A stretch of 15,738 nt of DNA, counting the filler, from an uncultured bacterium (GTDB taxonomy: Bacteria > CAZSTA01): assembly GCA_964609495.1 (NCBI GenBank). It is 9 parts of 9 records of this genome, joined end to end, with 100 filler letters (N's around TTAATTAATTAA, not from the genome) between each part and the next. Parts side by side here need not be neighbours in the genome. Positions count along the whole stretch, not along the records: positions 7,398 to 9,062 come from CAZSTA010000345.1; positions 9,163 to 10,795 come from CAZSTA010000346.1; positions 10,896 to 12,472 come from CAZSTA010000347.1; positions 12,573 to 14,108 come from CAZSTA010000348.1; positions 14,209 to 15,738 come from CAZSTA010000349.1; 4 more parts are not named here. One strand, 5' to 3'. Positions 7,400 through 15,738 of this stretch are shown here, one piece after another. The notes below the pieces were generated by a model. The model saw only the letters and a program-made list of their open reading frames with translations, did no database searches and was not told where the DNA came from. Each line of letters starts with the position of its first letter. Position 1 is the stretch's first letter. A program made the position numbers and the translations under genes.

Positions 7400-7428
7400 A
7401 TTATATCATATTAGCTCCTCAAGGTCAA
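7400..7428 (-). promoter_or_regulatory. Leftward sigma70 promoter divergent from the SWIM operon
   Basis: Minus strand TTGACC (7428-7423), 17 bp, TG-A-TATAAT (7405-7400). The -35 box lies within (TCAAGG)2TCAAG tandem repeats at 7419-7435. Confidence 0.7.
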
Positions 7429-7451
7429 GGTCAAGAGGAGGCATTATAAAG

Positions 7452-7880
7452 ATGGTGGTTATCTGCAGGCATTGCGGAACAGTATATGAGGAGGACGAAT
7501 TTGAAAGTTGTCCAGAGTGCGATCTAAGGAAAAGAGAAGCCGAACATAGAAGGATCCACAAAAAAGCGATAGAGCAACTTACTTTTAAGCGAATGGAGAG
7601 TGCAAAGGAGCTTATGGATCCGGTCCAGCTTTCAGACACTTTATTTACAGTTATCTCAAGTGATGGTGATAAATGTTATACAGTTGCAAGAGTTAAGGAT
7701 GATAAATTTACCTGCGACTGTCCTGACTTTAGATATCGCAAGCATGGACAACTGGATTGTAAGCATATAATAAAAGTCCGTGAGTATCTCCAGAGGCAAG
7801 CGGAAGAGCATAAAGAGGAAGCTAGAGCTAAGATCGAAAGTAGAAAGGTTGAGGCTATAGCAGATCCTGGTTTTTTCTAA
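7452..7880 (+). CDS. SWIM zinc-finger protein with N-terminal Zn ribbon
   Basis: CRHC...CPEC ribbon and CDCPDF...CKH SWIM motif; GAGGAGG RBS. Confidence 0.85.
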   Translation: MVVICRHCGTVYEEDEFESCPECDLRKREAEHRRIHKKAIEQLTFKRMESAKELMDPVQLSDTLFTVISSDGDKCYTVARVKDDKFTCDCPDFRYRKHGQLDCKHIIKVREYLQRQAEEHKEEARAKIESRKVEAIADPGFF

Positions 7881-7896
7881 AGAGGAGGGATAAAAT

Positions 7897-8538
7897 ATGA
7901 GCTTATTAATTAGATCAGTCGATCTTAAACCCAAGATAAAGATCCTAGTGTGGGGGGCGAGTGGATCCGGCAAGACTCACTTGGGGCTTGCCTCCCCAAG
8001 TCCACTTGTGATTGATACCGAAAGGGGGACTGAAGCCTACTATTCTCAATTTGAATTTGATCTTTTGGCTCTACCTACCGTCGATCAGATCGAACTTGCA
8101 GTTGAGAAACTAGAGCAAGGGGAAGGGACTTATGAGACTCTAGTGATGGACTCCTTGACTGGAGTCTGTGATCTTTATAGGGATAAATACTCAAAAGCCG
8201 AAAAGACTACTTTGCAGGAGTGGGGGGTTATAAAGAGAAAATTAGATAAGCTTATGAGGAGACTTGTACCCCTTCCTCTAAACTTGGTCTTTACAGCTAG
8301 ATCACAAAACATCTTTAATAAAGAGTATAAAATAGTAGGTCAGAAACCTCATATTTTCAAAGGGCTTGCTTATTGGTTCGATATAGTCGGAAAGCTGGAG
8401 AGGAAGGGATCGGAGAGTCCGACTCTAATTTTGAGTAAGAGCCGATATCAGCTTTCACAAAAGATAGAGGATATATCTTTTGAGAGGCTAGAAAATTTAA
8501 TTTTCAATTCTAATAAGGAAAGGGAGGGGATAAGATGA
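7897..8538 (+). CDS. AAA_24 / Sak4-like phage P-loop ATPase (putative ssDNA-annealing recombinase)
   Basis: KILVWGASGSGKT Walker A, LVIDTERGT, ETLVMDSLT Walker B, QEWG and YWFDIV motifs; 213 aa. Confidence 0.85.
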   Translation: MSLLIRSVDLKPKIKILVWGASGSGKTHLGLASPSPLVIDTERGTEAYYSQFEFDLLALPTVDQIELAVEKLEQGEGTYETLVMDSLTGVCDLYRDKYSKAEKTTLQEWGVIKRKLDKLMRRLVPLPLNLVFTARSQNIFNKEYKIVGQKPHIFKGLAYWFDIVGKLERKGSESPTLILSKSRYQLSQKIEDISFERLENLIFNSNKEREGIR

Positions 8539-8945
8539 TATCTTATCTGAGCAGGTTAGTTTACAAAGTAGCGGAGGCGGAACTTTCTAAAGACTATAGG
8601 AACTTTCGCGGGGTACAAGAGGAGATCAAAAAGATCGAAACCTTACTTGAGGATCCAGATATAGTCCAAGATGAGATGAGTAGCAAATTAATAGCTGATC
8701 TTGAGAATAAAAGAAGTCTGATAGAAGATAAGATCAAATCAAGGGAACTGGAGATCTACGACTTTTATGCACTTGAATATGATGAGGCTAGGGGATGTGA
8801 ATCTGATCTGATGGAGAGTGAATTAGAGGATCGGCTTGTGAAACTCGGCTGGACTGAGACCGACCTCGAACTCCTCAAGATAGCCTCCGATAGCACCCAC
8901 CCCAAAGCTAAGCACTGGAAGGATGTTTACCCCGAAAAGAAGTAA
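8535..8945 (+). CDS. Hypothetical acidic helical protein
   Basis: 136-aa ORF; ATGA overlap with the upstream stop; GGGAGG RBS. Confidence 0.75.
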   Translation: MISYLSRLVYKVAEAELSKDYRNFRGVQEEIKKIETLLEDPDIVQDEMSSKLIADLENKRSLIEDKIKSRELEIYDFYALEYDEARGCESDLMESELEDRLVKLGWTETDLELLKIASDSTHPKAKHWKDVYPEKK

Positions 8946-9011
8946 ATTTCTATTCTAGGGAGGAGGGGAGGGGAGTACTCCTCTCCTCTAAAAGAGAGGA
9001 AGGGATATAAT

Positions 9012-9062
9012 ATGGATGATATTGAGAAAATAAATAAGGATATAGAGGAGATAAAGAGGGAT
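9012..9062 (+). CDS. Start of a hypothetical protein (MDDIEKINKDIEEIKRD...), truncated
   Basis: ATG after AAGAGAGGAAGGGATATAAT, similar to the leader of the 7897 gene; open to the contig edge. Confidence 0.5.
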
Positions 9063-9162
9063 NNNNNNNNNNNNNNNNNNNNNNNNNNNNNNNNNNNNNN
9101 NNNNNNTTAATTAATTAANNNNNNNNNNNNNNNNNNNNNNNNNNNNNNNNNNNNNNNNNNNN

Positions 9163-9576
9163 GTAGAGCTAGTGAAGGAAATTAACGAGCTTCGTCTGAA
9201 ATCTGGAAATAAAAGAGGTCGAGTTATCTTGAGCTTTACTCCCTTCGTCCCTAAACCTGTCACTCCTTTTCAGAGGGAGAAGATGGACGACGGAAAGTCA
9301 TTGGAGAGAAAGTATAGATATCTGAAGAAATCATTACTTGCTGAGGGAAATTTTCATCTGATATGGGAGAGCATCAGATGGTCGCTGATCCAGGGAGTTC
9401 TAGCCAGAGGAGATCGGCGCCTAGGAGAGGTATTGAGACAAGCCCAAAAATTAGGCGGAAACTATTCCGCTTGGAAGAAAGCCTTTGCAAGTTGTGGAAT
9501 AGATCCCGCCTTCTATCTATATCGTCTAAGAGATAAAGATGAAATATTGCCCTGGGATATCATAAAGATCAGATGA
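9163..9576 (+). CDS. C-terminus of a B12-binding-type radical SAM protein (5'-truncated)
   Basis: FVPKPVTPFQ, QGVLARGDRRLGEVL and terminal LPWD motifs; frame open to the contig edge. Confidence 0.8.
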   Translation, partial: VELVKEINELRLKSGNKRGRVILSFTPFVPKPVTPFQREKMDDGKSLERKYRYLKKSLLAEGNFHLIWESIRWSLIQGVLARGDRRLGEVLRQAQKLGGNYSAWKKAFASCGIDPAFYLYRLRDKDEILPWDIIKIR

Positions 9577-9601
9577 AATGGGAAAAAGAAATTAAGCTAA
9601 C

Positions 9602-10795
9602 TTAACTTTTATCCTTAACTCGCAACAAACGTAGGCTGTTAAAGATCACTGTCAAGGAAGTTCCCATATCAGCAGCTACAGCCATCCAAAGAGTTACCCA
9701 ACTAGGGATCACCATTATCAGAAATAGAGCTTTAATCAAGAGGGAGAAGGTGATATTCTGCTTGATGATCGCCAAGGTTCTGCGACTCAGGTTGATCGCA
9801 AAAGGAAGCCTCGAAAGATCATCAGCCATAAGGGCGATATCCGCGGTCTGAAGAGCCGCGTCCGTTCCCGCCCCTCCCATAGCTATCCCCACGGTAGCCA
9901 TCGCCATCGCGGGAGCGTCATTTACTCCATCTCCCACCATAGCCACCTTCCCATATCTCTCCTTCAGCTCTCTTAATATATCGACCTTATCCTGAGGTAG
10001 AAGTTCCGCATAGTACTCATCTATCCCCAACTTCTCAGCTATAGCTTTAGCTGTCCCTTTGTTATCTCCAGTGAGCATCACTGTTTTGATCCCCTCCTCC
10101 TTGAGGGTGGGAAGAGCTTCTCGACTGGTATCCCTTATATTATCCGAGATCGAAATTATACCTAGAATCTCCCTATCGCTCCCCAATAATATGGCTGTCT
10201 TTCCCTCGCTTTCCAACTCCCTAAGTTCGGCATCTATCTGGGGAGTGCAAAGTTTCTTCTCCTTGAATAGACGATGATTGCCGATGTAGAGATCCTCTCC
10301 GTTCATCTTAGAGTAAGCGCCTTTTCCAGTTATGGCTTGGAAATTTTCGATCTCAAGGAGTTCTAGGCCCTCTTCCTCCGCCTTTCTCAGGATAGCCTGA
10401 GCTAAGTGATGTTCGGATTTAGATTCGATCGAAGCCGCTATGCTCAATATCTCCGCGGGCTTCATGGAATTGGTGGGTATCAAATCTATCACCTCAGGGG
10501 TTCCCTTGGTGAGCGTTCCAGTCTTATCAAAGGCTATCGCTTTAAGGGAGCTTGTATCCTCTAGGTATATCCCTCCCTTAATTAAAATCCCCTGTCGAGC
10601 GGCGCTCGTCAGACCTGAGACTATCGACACTGGGGTGGATATCACTAAGGCACAAGGACAAGAGATAACTAGCATAACTAGCGCCCGATATAACCAGGGG
10701 GTGAAGGGTTGTTTGAATATTAGAGGCGGGACTGAGGCTATAAGGATAGCGGATAAAATAACGATAGGGGTATAATACTTAGCGAATTTATCGAC
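9602..10795 (-). CDS. cadA: Heavy-metal P1B-type ATPase (Zn/Cd/Pb, CadA/ZntA class), 5'-truncated
   Basis: SCPCAL, DKTGTLT, MLTGDN and GDGVNDAP motifs, plus Lys in TM7 (LIK) and Asp in TM8 (ADMG) as in P1B-2. Frame open to 10795 (VDKFAKYYTP). Confidence 0.92.
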   Translation of the reverse strand, partial: VDKFAKYYTPIVILSAILIASVPPLIFKQPFTPWLYRALVMLVISCPCALVISTPVSIVSGLTSAARQGILIKGGIYLEDTSSLKAIAFDKTGTLTKGTPEVIDLIPTNSMKPAEILSIAASIESKSEHHLAQAILRKAEEEGLELLEIENFQAITGKGAYSKMNGEDLYIGNHRLFKEKKLCTPQIDAELRELESEGKTAILLGSDREILGIISISDNIRDTSREALPTLKEEGIKTVMLTGDNKGTAKAIAEKLGIDEYYAELLPQDKVDILRELKERYGKVAMVGDGVNDAPAMAMATVGIAMGGAGTDAALQTADIALMADDLSRLPFAINLSRRTLAIIKQNITFSLLIKALFLIMVIPSWVTLWMAVAADMGTSLTVIFNSLRLLRVKDKS

Positions 10796-10895
10796 NNNNN
10801 NNNNNNNNNNNNNNNNNNNNNNNNNNNNNNNNNNNNNNNTTAATTAATTAANNNNNNNNNNNNNNNNNNNNNNNNNNNNNNNNNNNNNNNNNNNN

Positions 10896-11717
10896 ATAAG
10901 GGATATAGACTATCGGGGAGGAACTATTAGTTATCTTCTTAACCTTCCTCGCTAGCTCCTCGATGGTTATCTCCTCAGTAGAGCCGATATTGAATATCTC
11001 TCCTACTGCCTGAGGATGCTTAGATAGAGCGATCACTCCCTTAACTATATCCTTCACATAGGCAAAACATCTACTTTGTTTCCCATCGCCATAGATTGTG
11101 ATCGGCTTCCCAGCTAGAGCCTGACTTATGAAGCGAGGGATCACCATCCCATAGCGACCAGTTTGTCTCTCTCCCACAGTATTGAAAAACCTAACGATGA
11201 TAACAGGCAATCTCTCCTGTTTAAAATAAGCTAAGGCCATATATTCATCTACCGCCTTCGCTGTGGAATAGCTCCAACGATATCTGATAGTAGGTCCTAG
11301 AACTCTATCGTCATCCTCCTTATAGGGAACTTTCCCATTTTTCCCATATATCTCGGAGGTGGAAGCGATGATTACCTTCTTCTTCCCCAAGCTATTGGCT
11401 AGACGCAAGACTATATCAGTCCCCAGGATATTGGTAGAGAGGGACTGGAGCGGCTCATCTATGATCAGCTTAACTCCCACTGCTGCGGCTAAGTGATATA
11501 TAATATCGCACTCGGAGATGAGTTTCCTCATTACCTCCTCGTTCATTATCGTATCTACAACATAGGAGAAGCGATCATTGCCTATCAAGTGGGAAATATT
11601 GTTCATACTGCCCGTCGATAGGTTATCGATGATCTGAACCTCATCGCCTCGAGCGAGTAGTTCCTCGGCTAGGTGCGATCCTATGAATCCAGCTCCTCCA
11701 GTTATCAGTGCCTTCAT
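10896..11717 (-). CDS. NAD-dependent nucleotide-sugar epimerase/dehydratase (extended SDR), 3'-truncated
   Basis: TGGAGFIGSH, HLAAAVGV, ASTSEIYG and YSTAK (YxxxK) motifs. Confidence 0.93.
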
Positions 11718-11750
11718 CGCCTCACATCCTCTCGCAGAGAATATTATAGG

Positions 11751-12472
11751 CTAAAACGGAAGTGCGAACTGAAGGTAATATCCTAGATCAACCTTTGCTC
11801 CCATCCCCTCCAGCAAAGCCTTGATCTGTCGAGCTTGTCCTCGTGGCTTCCTCCTCAATATCGTAGTGGGCAACTTATCTGGATCCAATCTCTCCTTCGC
11901 CTCAGAAAGATCCCATCCAGTCATCTTGCTCACCTCTATTGCCACCTGATCAAAATTCTCCTCTTCTATCTCCTTGATAACGATGTTGTGACGAGTAGGA
12001 AGAGTATTGAAACTCAAGGCAAAGCTGAGATTGAAATCCTCTGCACCCGCTCCGAATTTCTCGGTCTCCGTATCGATTGCTAAATCTACCTTAAATAAAT
12101 CATAAGCATACTGAACACCACCATTGACATCTCTTCCATCATAATCAGCCATCAGGGTAAGCGCTGAGAGTTTATCGTTTAAGAACAGATCAAGCATCTT
12201 CACTGGATCCTTGGTTGTCTGAATAGAGTAGATCTGATCGGTTTCAAGAGATACATCGGTATGCTCCTTTACTACTTCCTCAATAGTCTCCGCGGACCAA
12301 GGCTCCTCTCCAAAGTCGTCGACTATACGCTCTAAGGTATCTTTGGAGAAACGTCTAGCGAGGCTATAGGTGGCATCCACTCCCCCGAAGATCCCTATCG
12401 CTGCACCTGGCTGAGCGAATCGGCTATTCCCTACACCTAGATGACCTCTAATCATATACTTATCCTCATCAA
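11751..12472 (-). CDS. Putative YjbH-like outer-membrane protein with an L7/L12 C-terminal-like domain; probably 5'-truncated
   Basis: HLGVGNSRF...GIFGGV...LMADYDGRDVNGGVQY pattern. EVSKMTGWDLSEAKERLD...IKALLEGMGAKVDL resembles the L12 CTD. Ends YYLQFALPF. Confidence 0.5.
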
Positions 12473-12604
12473 NNNNNNNNNNNNNNNNNNNNNNNNNNNN
12501 NNNNNNNNNNNNNNNNTTAATTAATTAANNNNNNNNNNNNNNNNNNNNNNNNNNNNNNNNNNNNNNNNNNNNGCTTCTATATGCATCCTAAAAGTTTGAT
12601 TCCC

Positions 12605-12633
12605 TTGACATATAACTTAGACTATGTTAATAT
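12605..12633 (+). promoter_or_regulatory. sigma70 promoter upstream of the radical SAM gene
   Basis: TTGACA (12605-10), 17 bp, TG-T-TAATAT (12628-33). Confidence 0.65.
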
Positions 12634-12788
12634 TAGATAATTCCAGAAAAGTATCTGGCTATTTTATCTGAGATATTGGGAAGCAAAATCATCGCTTATG
12701 CTAACGGGAGAGGAAAGAAGGATAGATGGAAGTATTGTCGCTTATTTTGAAAGGATAATTGGGGATACTGATCTCCTATTTTCAAATA

Positions 12789-13751
12789 ATGGTGGAAAAA
12801 TATTATCCAAGATATATAGAGCTATTCAGAAGTGGTGAGTTGGAAAGAAGGGCAGAGAAAGCTTACTCATCGCTTAAGAGCTGTAATCTTTGTCCCCGAG
12901 GCTGTGGGGTAAACAGGTTGAAAGGGGAGAGGGGATTTTGTCGTGCCTCGGATAAGCTGAAAGTGGCTAGCTTCAATCTCCATTGGGGAGAGGAGCCACC
13001 CCTAGTGGGGGAGTCTGGATCAGGCACCATCTTTTTTTCCCACTGCACCCTAAGATGTGTATATTGCCAGAATTATCCTATCAGTCAGTTAGGGAATGGG
13101 CGGGAGGTATCGATAGAGCGATTAGCTCGGATGATCTTATCCTTACAGAAGAGAGGATCTTTGAATATAAACTTTGTTACTCCTACCCACTTCATCCCTC
13201 AAATCTTATCCGCTCTTCTCATAGCTATTCCCGAAGGTCTTGCTATTCCCCTAGTCTATAATACTAGTGGATACGAGAGTGTTGATACCTTGAAGCTCTT
13301 AGAGGGAGTGATCGATATTTATCTTCCTGATGCTAGATATACTGATGAAGATATAGCCTTAAAATACTCCCACGCCCCTAATTATCCTGAGATAAATAAA
13401 TCTGCTCTAAAGGAGATGTATAGACAGGTTGGAGATCTAAAGGTGGACAGGAGAGGGATAGGGAAAAGGGGATTAATCGTTCGTCATTTGGTATTGCCCG
13501 AGGGCTTGGCAGGGACTGAGAAGATCATCCCTTTTCTAGTCGGAGAGATATCAAGGAAGATTCATATCAGCTTGATGAATCAATATTTTCCAGCCAATCA
13601 CGCCAGCGAGTATCCTCCTCTGGATAGGATGATAACTCAGGAGGAATATGAATCTGCTATCTCCATCTTAGATAAGGAAGAAGTGAAAAACGGCTGGATA
13701 CAAGAGCATCTCGACAAATGGGAGAGCTACGAAGAGGAGATGATATATTGA
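12789..13751 (+). CDS. Radical SAM protein, PflX-like (PFL-activating-enzyme-related)
   Basis: CNLCPRGCGVNR, HWGEEPP, GSGTIFFSHCTLRCVYCQNY (CxxxCxxC), NINFVTPTH and RHLVLP motifs. ATG 12789 preferred over TTG 12759. Confidence 0.9.
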   Translation: MVEKYYPRYIELFRSGELERRAEKAYSSLKSCNLCPRGCGVNRLKGERGFCRASDKLKVASFNLHWGEEPPLVGESGSGTIFFSHCTLRCVYCQNYPISQLGNGREVSIERLARMILSLQKRGSLNINFVTPTHFIPQILSALLIAIPEGLAIPLVYNTSGYESVDTLKLLEGVIDIYLPDARYTDEDIALKYSHAPNYPEINKSALKEMYRQVGDLKVDRRGIGKRGLIVRHLVLPEGLAGTEKIIPFLVGEISRKIHISLMNQYFPANHASEYPPLDRMITQEEYESAISILDKEEVKNGWIQEHLDKWESYEEEMIY

Positions 13752-13823
13752 TCTCTCTATTATCGGCTATAGATCAGCTAGATCGATCTGGAATAGGACC
13801 TAATAAATTTTGAAAATAAAATC

Positions 13824-13852
13824 TTGACGGTTTTCTATATATTTGTTAAAAT
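13824..13852 (+). promoter_or_regulatory. sigma70 promoter for the metallophosphoesterase gene
   Basis: TTGACG (13824-29), 17 bp, TG-T-TAAAAT (13847-52); AAGGAG RBS before GTG 13889. Confidence 0.7.
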
Positions 13853-13888
13853 GAGGAAGATTGGGAGAGCAAGGAAGGAGTTAAGCAA

Positions 13889-14108
13889 GTGCGATACGGT
13901 ATAATCTCAGATATACATAGCAACCTAGAGGCTCTAGAAGTTGTTCTGGAAGAGATAGAGAAATTAGACGTAGATAAGATTATATGCTTGGGGGATATAG
14001 TGGGCTATGGTCCTAATCCCAATGAATGTGTAGAAAAAGTGAGAGAAGTAGCTCATAAATGTATAATAGGTAACCATGACTTAGCGGGAATCGGAGCCTT
14101 GGATCTTG
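13889..14108 (+). CDS. Calcineurin-like metallophosphoesterase, 3'-truncated
   Basis: ISDIHSN, CLGDIVGYGP and GNHD motifs. Confidence 0.92.
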
Positions 14109-14208
14109 NNNNNNNNNNNNNNNNNNNNNNNNNNNNNNNNNNNNNNNNNNNNTTAATTAATTAANNNNNNNNNNNNNNNNNNNNNNNNNNNNNNNNNNNN
14201 NNNNNNNN

Positions 14209-14481
14209 TATTCCCCAAGGTTTTATAGAGGCGGAAAGCTGGGAACGGCAAAGAATCTTTTACCAAATGGTTCTTTTATGTCTCTTGTAGGAAAGATTAG
14301 TGAGAAGGGGAGACCTTTCTATGTGGGTAGGAAGCTTTCGTTTACTGCGAATAGATATGGAATGCTCTATTTAGGGGTGAATGATGCTATCACGAATGAT
14401 AGGGGAGAGACAATAGGAGAGTGGCATTCTTGGTGGAAGGATAACCGAGGATATTTCTCAGTGATAATCAGGAAGGAATAG
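14209..14481 (+). CDS. C-terminal fragment with a LecA/PA-IL-like (galactose-binding-fold) domain
   Basis: SLVGKI...PFYVG...GMLYLGVND...DNRGYFSVII pattern; frame open back to the contig edge. Confidence 0.55.
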   Translation, partial: YSPRFYRGGKLGTAKNLLPNGSFMSLVGKISEKGRPFYVGRKLSFTANRYGMLYLGVNDAITNDRGETIGEWHSWWKDNRGYFSVIIRKE

Positions 14482-14502
14482 AAAGCGGGGTGAGAGGGGA
14501 AA

Positions 14503-15288
14503 GTGGGATTTTTTCTTTTCTTAATCCTAGTAGGGATAATTATCTACTTCATAGTTAACCTTATACCTACTGAGGGGGATAAAGAGAACCAGCAATATTA
14601 TGGAGAAAGGAGTGAAGGCTCTATGTCTAAAGATGGAGGGGATTCCCAGTTACCGGAGAGATTAGATATAGATAGCTTGCGGAGAGACTTAGCAAAGTAT
14701 GAGCGAGAGAGGAGCTTATTTGAGAAGTTTAATAGTATGTTCTTTGAGGGTTTTTGGACGGATGTGGATAGGGGTGTTATAGAGAGGAAAAGAAAGTTAA
14801 TTGATAGCAAGACCAGTCTTATCCGAAGTATAATAGATATGAGAAAAACTGAGGATGATTATTATGGGGTTCTTCCTTATGAATTACAGAAGAGAGAGAA
14901 AGAGGCTCAGTTGGAACTAAGAAGGCTAGAGCTAGAGTTGAAGAGGGTAGAGAAGGAAGATAAGGAACTAGAGGCTCAAATAAAGAGGGTTGAAGAGAAG
15001 GGTAAGAAGACCGAAGATAATAAGTGGAAGGAGGAGATTGAGAAATACGAGCGTCAGCAGAAATATGTAGGAGAGGCAACGGCGAAGGGAGCTGTAGGAG
15101 AGGTCGAGATGTTAATGGAGGCTATAGAAGCATTAGAGAAGGCTAGAGAGGAGAAGATTGAGAAGGTTAGGCAGGGAAGGAAAGATAAGGAGTTGAATGA
15201 GAGGGAGTTAAAGAAGATAAAAACTATTGAGGAGATTTATGATCAGAAGATTGAGGAAGTAAAGCTAGGTCGATATCAAGGGAAATGA
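14503..15288 (+). CDS. N-terminally membrane-anchored coiled-coil hypothetical protein
   Basis: Hydrophobic first ~21 aa followed by long E/K/R-rich heptad-like helices; GAGAGGGG RBS. Confidence 0.8.
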   Translation: MGFFLFLILVGIIIYFIVNLIPTEGDKENQQYYGERSEGSMSKDGGDSQLPERLDIDSLRRDLAKYERERSLFEKFNSMFFEGFWTDVDRGVIERKRKLIDSKTSLIRSIIDMRKTEDDYYGVLPYELQKREKEAQLELRRLELELKRVEKEDKELEAQIKRVEEKGKKTEDNKWKEEIEKYERQQKYVGEATAKGAVGEVEMLMEAIEALEKAREEKIEKVRQGRKDKELNERELKKIKTIEEIYDQKIEEVKLGRYQGK

Positions 15289-15304
15289 AGGTAGGTGTCT
15301 GAAG

Positions 15305-15738
15305 ATGAATCCAAAGAAGTTCTTTAAGGGGAAAATAGTAAGTTCAAAAAGATATTTCAAGGATAAATTGGTCTCTCCTGAGGAGTTTATCAGAAGGAAA
15401 AGTGAGGAGCTTACAAGAAGGCGAAGAGGGGAAATATCTATAGGGACGAGTATAGATAGGAAAGAAGAGGTAGGTCTTCCCTTAAGGATTTTATCTACCC
15501 ATATGCACGTGATTGGTGCTACTGGGGTGGGTAAGAGCAAGTTTTTAGAGTATCTTATTCGTTTAATCATTACTATGCCTTCCAAGCCTCCGGTGATTGT
15601 TATAGACCCCCATGGAATTCTATATCGAAATATCTTAAAGGCCTGTGCTGTTCTCAACCTATATGACCGAGTAGTGCTTTTTGATCCCAGTGAGACTGAT
15701 TACATAGTGGGCTACAATCCAATGGCTCGTAATGAGAA
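15305..15738 (+). CDS. VirD4/TraD/HerA-like P-loop ATPase (type IV coupling-protein-like), 3'-truncated; absent from the ORF track
   Basis: Manual translation MNPKKFFKGK...THMHVIGATGVGKSKFLE...VIVIDPHG...VVLFDPSETDYIVGYNPM. Walker A at 15515-15538; AGGT RBS. Confidence 0.85.
   Translation, partial: MNPKKFFKGKIVSSKRYFKDKLVSPEEFIRRKSEELTRRRRGEISIGTSIDRKEEVGLPLRILSTHMHVIGATGVGKSKFLEYLIRLIITMPSKPPVIVIDPHGILYRNILKACAVLNLYDRVVLFDPSETDYIVGYNPMARNE

Noticed and set aside
11751-11990. Genuine rplL (ribosomal protein L7/L12) gene
   Set aside because: Only a divergent CTD-like segment inside a larger ORF, with no L12 N-terminal domain and no rplJ context.
473-15079. Short antisense or alternate-frame ORFs (473, 684, 2023, 3082, 3261, 5914, 5954, 6474, 7406, 7656, 10059, 10440, 11835, 12863, 12983, 14598, 14819)
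   Set aside because: They overlap well-supported genes and show no recognisable motifs.
15265-15657. 130-aa minus-strand ORF
   Set aside because: Antisense shadow of the + strand Walker A ATPase starting at 15305.

Overview
This window is not one locus. It is nine short contigs (about 1.5-1.8 kb, in decreasing size order) joined by 100-bp artificial linkers (44 N + TTAATTAATTAA + 44 N), so adjacency across linkers has no biological meaning. Contig 1: REP-like palindromes, a DUF2283-like gene with a consensus sigma70 promoter, a convergent TPR gene built from 120-bp tandem repeats, and an internally deleted second copy of the DUF2283 locus. Contig 2: two type IV pilin/pseudopilin-like genes. 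Contig 3: a ParA + small RHH-like partition pair, and an IS200/IS605 tnpA fragment interrupted by a highly structured RNA resembling HEARO/omegaRNA of IscB-family OMEGA systems. This is the most notable element, because its predicted guide would be tnpA sequence. Contig 4: partial argS. Contig 5: a phage/ICE-like SWIM-Sak4-type module with a divergent promoter. Contig 6: partial radical SAM and P1B-type ATPase genes. Contig 7: an NAD-dependent epimerase and a putative YjbH-like beta-barrel carrying an L7/L12-CTD-like domain. Contig 8: a PflX-like radical SAM gene and a metallophosphoesterase. Contig 9: a lectin-like fragment, a membrane-anchored coiled-coil protein, and a VirD4/HerA-like ATPase missing from the ORF track. 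All family assignments come from motif recognition by eye, not database searches.
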